Shown here in pieces: positions 36,271-41,883 of a stretch of DNA of 41,883 nucleotides. Each line of letters begins with the position of its first letter. The stretch's first letter is position 1. Made by a program: the position numbers and the translations under genes. Source of the DNA: Bdellovibrionota bacterium FG-1 (GTDB lineage Bacteria > Bdellovibrionota > UBA1018); the NCBI GenBank assembly GCA_051382295.1, contig JBBCAW010000030.1:1-41883 (forward strand), read 5' to 3'. The notes under the pieces are model-generated. The model did not search any database, was not told where the DNA came from, and saw only the letters and a list, made by a program, of their open reading frames with translations.

Positions 36271-37359
36271 ATGACCTTAGTGTTAGGCATCGAATCCTCC
36301 TGTGACGAAAGCAGTGCTGCGGTGGTACGGTATCGGCCCAACCCGGCCGGTCCGGCCGCGCTTGAGGTGTTGAGCGTCGCCACGTTTTCGCAGATCCAAA
36401 TTCATCGCCCTTATGGCGGGGTTGTCCCTGAAATTGCCTCGCGCAACCATTTGGAAACGATCAATCACATGATTGATGCTGCGTTGAACGAGGCCAAAAT
36501 TTCAGCCTCCCAAGTCGATGCCATAGCTGTGACTAACCGACCCGGCTTGGTCGGTGCGCTTTTAGTGGGCGTGAGCGCCGCTAAAGCGATGGCCTACGTG
36601 CTCAAAAAGCCTCTCATTCCTGTTCATCATCTGGAAGGCCATGCGACGAGTTTGTTTTTGGATCGTGAGGACCACGAAGACGCGGAGATTCCGTTGCCGC
36701 TTCTTTTGGCGATTGTCTCGGGGGGGCATACCAATTTGTATGTCATGAAGACCTTTCCTGAACTTTGGCCTCCCGATTTTTTGAAGCGATTTTTGGTGGG
36801 GCGTTCCCGCGACGATGCCGCAGGCGAAGCTTTTGATAAAACTGCTAAAACCCTGGGTTTTCCTTATCCGGGTGGGATGTGGATCGACAAGACGGCCGAA
36901 GGGGGCAAGCCCAATGCCTTTTCGCTTCCGCGCGCACTCCCTCAAAAGGCGACGCTGGATTTTTCGTTTAGCGGGCTCAAAACGGCGGTTGCCCTCACTG
37001 TTGAAAAACTAAAAAAGGAAGACGCGCTCGAGGCGCGTTTACCCGATCTCTGCGCATCGATTCAAGAGGCCATTGTGGATGCGTTGCTGAGCAAGATCTA
37101 TCTGGCCGTCCGCGAACATCGTTGCAGGGCCGTGGCGATTGTGGGTGGTGTGGCCGCCAACTCCCGACTTCGGGGTCGGTTAGAATCTGAATGGCAAAGA
37201 CAGGGTCTAGCCGTTGCACCGCTTTTTCCAAAAATGAAGTATTGCACCGATAATGCCGCGATGATTGCCGGGGCAGGTGCCTTTCGATTTCGGCAGGGCA
37301 ACTTTTTGCGCGGACGCGATCTTCTGACTTTAAACGCAGTTGCCAACCCGGAGCTTTAA
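36271..37359 (+). CDS. tsaD: tRNA t6A37 threonylcarbamoyltransferase
   Basis: LGIESSCDE, YGGVVPEIASRNH, HHLEGH, VSGGHT, DDAAGEAFDK, FSFSGLKT, CTDNAAMI. Confidence 0.97.
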   Translation: MTLVLGIESSCDESSAAVVRYRPNPAGPAALEVLSVATFSQIQIHRPYGGVVPEIASRNHLETINHMIDAALNEAKISASQVDAIAVTNRPGLVGALLVGVSAAKAMAYVLKKPLIPVHHLEGHATSLFLDREDHEDAEIPLPLLLAIVSGGHTNLYVMKTFPELWPPDFLKRFLVGRSRDDAAGEAFDKTAKTLGFPYPGGMWIDKTAEGGKPNAFSLPRALPQKATLDFSFSGLKTAVALTVEKLKKEDALEARLPDLCASIQEAIVDALLSKIYLAVREHRCRAVAIVGGVAANSRLRGRLESEWQRQGLAVAPLFPKMKYCTDNAAMIAGAGAFRFRQGNFLRGRDLLTLNAVANPEL

Positions 37360-37360
37360 G

Positions 37361-38236
37361 ATGCCCGTTTTCGGAAAACGCCGTGCGCTCGGCCAACACT
37401 TTCTGCGTGACCAAGGGATTATTGATCTGATTGCTCGCACGGCGATGGAGGAGGCCGCGCGGACTGGCTGTCGGGCTCTTCTGGAAGTAGGGCCTGGCAA
37501 AGGGGCGATCACTCATCCTTTATTGGCTCTGCTTGAGACTCAGTCCTGGACTAAGGCTCATATTGAACGCTTTGTGATTGTGGAGGCTGATCGTCAGTTG
37601 GCCGCAAACTGGAAGCAAAACGCCTCTGCCCACGCCCTTGAAAAAGTGGGGCCTTTTGAGATTTTGGTCGAAGAAGGTGATTTTGTTCAATTGCCCGAAG
37701 AAAAGTGGCTGATCTCGACACCTCTCGCGGTGGCTTCGAATCTTCCCTACTCAGCAGGGACCGCGATTGTCACGAGGTTAGCTCGTCATACGGCGGATAT
37801 CCCGGTGATGGTTCTGATGTTTCAGGCCGAAGTCGCTCAGCGTTTACGCGCGGAGCCCAATACCAAGGCCTGGGGCAGCCTCTCGATCTGGATTCAAAAT
37901 CACTGGGACGTCCGCAAACTTTGCGCAGTTCCCCCGAACGCTTTTTCGCCTCCGCCCGATGTGGACTCCGAGGTGGTCATTCTCAAGCGGCGCGAATTGC
38001 CTCGAATTGCCATACCCGCAGATCGTGTGTCGCAAGAGCGATGGGAGAAATTGCTCAAGGCCGCTTTTGCGCATCGGCGTAAAATGCTCCGTTCCGGGCT
38101 TCGTGCGCATCCCGCCGAACTTCAAGCCTTGGAAAAATCGGGCATCGATCTCACCAAACGCGCAGAGGCGTTGACTTGGGACGAATGGAACCTTTGGGTA
38201 TCAGGTTACTTAATGATGCCCGGCGCGTTAAATTGA
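37361..38236 (+). CDS. rsmA: 16S rRNA m6,6A1518/1519 dimethyltransferase
   Basis: LGQHFL, LEVGPGKG, SNLPY, MFQAEVAQR, F.PPP.VDS, AF.HRRK, RAEAL. Confidence 0.95.
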   Translation: MPVFGKRRALGQHFLRDQGIIDLIARTAMEEAARTGCRALLEVGPGKGAITHPLLALLETQSWTKAHIERFVIVEADRQLAANWKQNASAHALEKVGPFEILVEEGDFVQLPEEKWLISTPLAVASNLPYSAGTAIVTRLARHTADIPVMVLMFQAEVAQRLRAEPNTKAWGSLSIWIQNHWDVRKLCAVPPNAFSPPPDVDSEVVILKRRELPRIAIPADRVSQERWEKLLKAAFAHRRKMLRSGLRAHPAELQALEKSGIDLTKRAEALTWDEWNLWVSGYLMMPGALN

Positions 38237-38320
38237 TGCGGTGCGGTATAGTCGATATTGTTTGGCACCCTGCGCTAAGGGTGGTAAGAGCAGAGCCTTC
38301 CTTTTATCGGAGACTTTCAC

Positions 38321-39718
38321 TTGTCGGGCTTACTTCGTAAAATTTCCGGGACCGTACTCCTCGTGGCACTTACCGTCACCCATGCCCAAGCCAATGTTGG
38401 GCAGACTTATGGCTTTGGTTCTCGCTCAGGTGCCCTAGGGGGTGCCGGAGTGGCCAATGTCTCCGATGGCTACGCAGCCTATAACAATCCCGCAGGGGTT
38501 TCGTTTGACGGCGATCAGCGGCTTATCCTCGAAACAGGCCTGATTTGGATGGTTCCCAAATTTCTTCCGATTAACGATGTCATCGTCGAAAACGAAATTG
38601 TTTCCGACCAGGTGACCTATAGTGATGTGGATAACGAGTACCGATCCACCTTGGGGCAAAAATTTGGGCTAGTTTATCGAGTTTTTCCTCAAACTTTCAA
38701 TCTCAGTTTCGGGATCACGGCCTTTCTGCCCCTTGAGCAGGCTGCCTACATGGACACGGGTGAGAGTTTCGTTCCAGAGTATGTTCTTTATCGCTCTCGC
38801 ACTCAACGCCCCCAACTCGAAGGCGCGATCGGTGCGGATCTCGGAAAAGGCTTTAAAGTTGGCGTGGGTTTTCACCTCGCCTATGCCCTGACGAGTACTG
38901 CAAACGCCTTTCTTCAGATGGATCCGGCCAAGCCCTCCACGATGCGCTTTGCCTCCAGCCTGAAGCCCAAAATGTCCCCCCAGATGGGGTTACTTTTTTC
39001 GCCTTCGGGTGATCCGCAGGGTTTTTCAGTGGGCGCTGTTTTGCGCTTTCCGGTCAGTTCGCCCAATAACCTATTTCTGAGGTCTGGCGCGCGCGCACTC
39101 GGGACCCTTGCAGCGCTGGATTTTAATTTTAGCGCGATTTCGACGCTTTTTTACGACCCTTTGAGTGTTGAGATCGGCGCCGTGGTTCCTGAAACCTCTT
39201 TCACCCGGACGGTTTTACAGTTGGATTACCAGCGGTGGAGCGCTTTTGAGGCGCCGGCGCTTGCGATTGTTGATCCTAAAAACGAAAATTGCACGGGAAC
39301 CTCTTTTTGTGGAATCAATATTTCTGGCGGAAAAAACCCGGTTTTTGACTACCAAGATATGTTTGTGCCCCGGCTTGGCCAAGAATTATCCTGGGGTTCT
39401 ACGACTTTTCGCCTGGGGTGGGCTTATCAGCCGAGCATCTTCAAGTCCTTACCCACTGGCGCTGGAAATTACCTCGACCCGCCCAAGCATATATTTACCG
39501 CGGGGGTAGGTTTGCAGTTCAAGCACTTCCTTCATTTTGAAGTGCCCTGCAAAGTCGATTTTAACGTGGCTTGGCATCAGTTTTCTCATGAACACGTCGA
39601 CAAGACCCCAGGGGACGAAAACGGCAATGGCAGTGGTTTGACTAAGATTGGGGCGCCCGGTTACGACTCTGGTGGCAAAATTTATGGGGGCGGGGTAGAT
39701 CTAACTCTGGCCTTCTAG
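38321..39718 (+). CDS. OmpP1/FadL-family outer membrane transport protein
   Basis: Signal peptide; GSRSGALGGAGVA...AAYNNPAG hatch motif; C-terminal Phe. Confidence 0.8.
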   Translation: MSGLLRKISGTVLLVALTVTHAQANVGQTYGFGSRSGALGGAGVANVSDGYAAYNNPAGVSFDGDQRLILETGLIWMVPKFLPINDVIVENEIVSDQVTYSDVDNEYRSTLGQKFGLVYRVFPQTFNLSFGITAFLPLEQAAYMDTGESFVPEYVLYRSRTQRPQLEGAIGADLGKGFKVGVGFHLAYALTSTANAFLQMDPAKPSTMRFASSLKPKMSPQMGLLFSPSGDPQGFSVGAVLRFPVSSPNNLFLRSGARALGTLAALDFNFSAISTLFYDPLSVEIGAVVPETSFTRTVLQLDYQRWSAFEAPALAIVDPKNENCTGTSFCGINISGGKNPVFDYQDMFVPRLGQELSWGSTTFRLGWAYQPSIFKSLPTGAGNYLDPPKHIFTAGVGLQFKHFLHFEVPCKVDFNVAWHQFSHEHVDKTPGDENGNGSGLTKIGAPGYDSGGKIYGGGVDLTLAF

Positions 39719-39721
39719 ACT

Positions 39722-40372
39722 ATGACCAAAAATCTCTGGGATCTCCTTAAACGCCATTTCTTTGCGGGCCTTTTGGTCGTCATTCCGCTCGGTGTGATTA
39801 GCTGGATCGGTCTATCGGTGCTGGCGGCGCTGTGGCGCTTGCATGAGTGGCTTCCGGACGCCTGGCAGCCCGAAAGGTTTTTTCAAGATCCCACTTTCGC
39901 CTCTTTATTCAACTTGGTGCTGACAGTGGGCGCGACGCTTGTGTTGGCTTCGGGGATTTCGGCCTTAGGTTGGGCATCCAAGCAATACCTCGGGATGAAG
40001 CTTCTTCATCTGGTTGCGGACCTGATTCAAAGAATTCCGGTCATTCGTGGCGTGTACAGCGCGCTGGATCAGCTGCTTCGGACCTTTGCTGCGAGTGGAA
40101 GCCAGCAATTTAGCCGAGTGGTCTATCTCGAATACCCACGAAAAGGGCTATTAGCCATTGCCTTTGTGACCAGCCCCGCGCGGGGCCCTTCGATTCCCCC
40201 TAAACACCTCAATGTCTATGTCCCCACCACGCCGAATCCGACCTCAGGCTTTCATCTGATCGTTCCGGAAAGCGAAGTGGTGGAGACGCAAATGAGTGTG
40301 GAGAATGCGTTCAAGACGCTGCTGTCGCTGGGCATCGCGCAACCCGCGCAGGTTCCGGAGAAGTCGCCATGA
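39722..40372 (+). CDS. DUF502 family membrane protein
   Basis: FFAGLLVVIPL, RIPVIRGVY, VYLEYPRKG, VYVPTTPNPTSGF. Confidence 0.9.
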   Translation: MTKNLWDLLKRHFFAGLLVVIPLGVISWIGLSVLAALWRLHEWLPDAWQPERFFQDPTFASLFNLVLTVGATLVLASGISALGWASKQYLGMKLLHLVADLIQRIPVIRGVYSALDQLLRTFAASGSQQFSRVVYLEYPRKGLLAIAFVTSPARGPSIPPKHLNVYVPTTPNPTSGFHLIVPESEVVETQMSVENAFKTLLSLGIAQPAQVPEKSP

Positions 40373-40869
40373 GCGCAAAAAGCGCCAAAAACACGGGCGA
40401 AAAGCTGATTGCTACGAATCCTCTCGCCTATTTGAATTATGCGATTGAGGAAGTCGTTGAGGCGGGCTTGGTTCTTCAGGGGACCGAGGCCAAGAGGTTA
40501 CGAAATCAAGCTCCTAATCTCCGCGATGCTTTCGTGGAGGTTCGCACACGCTCGGGTTCACTTGAGGCTTGGCTTCTGAATGCCCATATCGGACCGTATT
40601 CGCATGGCAATATTTGGAACCACGAAGCTTTGCGCCCTCGAAAGCTGCTCCTCCATCGCCATCAGATCAATCAGCTCTTTACGGCGCTCACGCAAAAAGG
40701 GCTCTCGGTGATTCCCATTCGAATGTATTTTAAGTTTGGCCGCGCCAAAGTGGAACTCGGCGTTGGAAAAGGTAAAAAGAAATACGACAAGCGGGAGACG
40801 CTGAAGAAAAAAGACGCTCAGCGAGATATGGAAATTGCGCGCGCGGGTAAGAACACGTGGGCAGACTGA
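40369..40869 (+). CDS. smpB: SsrA-binding protein
   Basis: EAGLVLQGTE.K, NHEALRPRKLLLHR, GKGKKKYDKRE. Confidence 0.97.
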   Translation: MSAKSAKNTGEKLIATNPLAYLNYAIEEVVEAGLVLQGTEAKRLRNQAPNLRDAFVEVRTRSGSLEAWLLNAHIGPYSHGNIWNHEALRPRKLLLHRHQINQLFTALTQKGLSVIPIRMYFKFGRAKVELGVGKGKKKYDKRETLKKKDAQRDMEIARAGKNTWAD

Positions 40870-40936
40870 TTTAGGCCGTCCATCAGGATCGATTGTGCCA
40901 CCCATTTTGTGACAGCCAGCTCCTTTCGAGTCCAAT

Positions 40937-41164
40937 CTAAGTCCCCGTTTTTCGACGGCCGAAAACACCTGCGGCCGCCATTTTTTTTACCTCCTTCAAA
41001 TTCACGAGCTGATCAGTCAGATAGAGGTGCATGATATGTGCAATAAAGGTTTGATAGGGCAGCCCCGCTTCTTGCGCTCTTCGGCGAAGAGCAAGCATAT
41101 CCCACCCATTAATACGGATATTGGCCCGAGTGTCCTTTAGCGCCTTGAGCGTAGTGGTCGCGGC
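40937..41164 (-). pseudogene. 5'-truncated CopG/BrnA-type (RHH) antitoxin remnant, absent from the ORF track
   Basis: Own translation: AATTTLKALKDTRANIRINGWDMLALRRRAQEAGLPYQTFIAHIMHLYLTDQLVNLKEVKK..., matching the KD.RINIR...A...GLPYQT antitoxin pattern. An upstream in-frame TAA occurs with no start codon. Confidence 0.75.
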
Positions 41165-41211
41165 GACGGAAAGCCCAAAGGAATCGTGAAATTAATGCAG
41201 GAGGTACCCCG

Positions 41212-41679
41212 ATGATCCGCACAGAATCTGAATATCAAGAGGCGATCAAACGGCTTAAAGGCGAGAAGACGCGGATGCAGGCACAGCGAAATAAGCTCAA
41301 AAAAGAGGGCCTCACTTCGAGTCAGGTCAGACTTGCCCTTGAGCCGATGGAGTCGTTTCATCTCCAGCTTGAGGAAGAAGTTGATGCCTACGAACGCCTG
41401 AGGCGTGGCGATCTGGGTGAGGTCGAAAATCTGCATGGTCTTGGGCAAATGCTCATTGGCCTGCGAATTGCGCGCGGGGTTTCCCAGGCAGAACTTGCGG
41501 CGCGCCTTGAGCGTGATCCATCTCAGGTATCGCGCGACGAAAAGAACGAATATCATGGTATTACAGTGGATCGCGCAAGCAAGATTCTCGATGCATTACG
41601 GGCGCATTTAAAAAGCAGGACAGCAGAGCCGGTACTCCCTGAGGGAGACTCAGAAAAACCTAGGAAGTTGGCGTCATAA
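41212..41679 (+). CDS. XRE-family HTH protein (HigA-like antitoxin)
   Basis: AGGAGG RBS; MIRTESEYQ N-terminus; LRIARGVSQAELAARL....SQVSRDE HTH. Confidence 0.88.
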   Translation: MIRTESEYQEAIKRLKGEKTRMQAQRNKLKKEGLTSSQVRLALEPMESFHLQLEEEVDAYERLRRGDLGEVENLHGLGQMLIGLRIARGVSQAELAARLERDPSQVSRDEKNEYHGITVDRASKILDALRAHLKSRTAEPVLPEGDSEKPRKLAS

Positions 41680-41765
41680 ATTTTTCTCTCGAAAACCCTC
41701 CCTTTCCCGACCCCTGCCTCTTTGCCCCCGGCTCCCCGTTCCCGTTCCAGTCCCCGTTCCCACGC

Positions 41766-41872
41766 CAGGAATTCTTTGGTGACGGGTGAGGGGATCCGCG
41801 CGCGCAGGAAGCGCGTTTTTGCGCGGAGTCCAGGGAGGGACGACCCCGACATCCCTCACCGAAGAATTCCTG
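41766..41872 (+). ncRNA. Dispersed structured element copy 4
   Basis: CAGGAATTCTTTGGTGA...TCACCGAAGAATTCCTG encloses GAGGGGATCCGCGCGCGCAGGAAGCGCGTTTTTGCGCGGAGTCCAGGGAGGGACGACCCCGAC. Confidence 0.7.
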
Positions 41873-41883
41873 TCCTTGCTAAC

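Noticed and set aside
40870..40946. tmRNA (ssrA) next to smpB; minus strand GGGGACTTAGATTGGACTCGAA resembles a tmRNA 5' end
   Set aside because: There is no T-arm/CCA 3' end and no room before running antisense into smpB; the sequence is explained as the end of the antitoxin remnant.
41553..41859. Minus-strand ORFs 41553..41852 and 41674..41859 (also 16581..16784 and 33788..34009)
   Set aside because: They are translations of the GC-rich repeat element and microrepeats, overlapping real genes.

Overview
A chromosomal window of roughly 50% GC, most likely from a Bdellovibrionota/Oligoflexia-type bacterium. That assignment is inferred from a TIGR02147/DUF4423-type HTH gene, the style of the MCP and the many orphan secreted proteins. 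From left to right it holds: (1) the right end of an IS21-family element inserted into a TIGR02147-family gene that also carries a nonsense codon; (2) a GC-rich two-gene islet with a clan CD (caspase/legumain-like) peptidase, and an orphan Phd-type antitoxin; (3) hemerythrin, an NrfJ-like protein, a stand-alone Cache protein and an MCP; (4) an HU-like gene; (5) a complete xanthine-dehydrogenase-family Mo-hydroxylase operon (large, 2Fe-2S and FAD subunits, XdhC, MocA-like); (6) secreted peptidases (a metzincin and an S46); (7) an amine/lysine catabolic cluster (lysine-6-dehydrogenase-like, three ALDHs, EamA, GabT) ending in an RlmD-like methyltransferase; (8) a possible secreted minimal kinase, a CZB protein and a protein-glutaminase; (9) a housekeeping run of cpoB/ybgF-like, UshA-like/tetraheme fusion, tsaD, rsmA, fadL-like, DUF502 and smpB; (10) remnants of two toxin-antitoxin modules. 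The most striking non-coding signal is a dispersed ~100-nt structured element in four copies (4497, 16704, 33803, 41766). It has covarying stems, strand-consistent G-U pairs and two GGA-containing hairpin loops, as in CsrA/RsmA-binding or TwoAYGGAY-like RNAs. The second is a ~270-nt unit behind a sigma54-type promoter, with 5'-3' end pairing and a sequestered SD, encoding a 49-aa basic/hydrophobic peptide (type I toxin-like architecture). All family calls come from motif recognition by eye; no searches were run.
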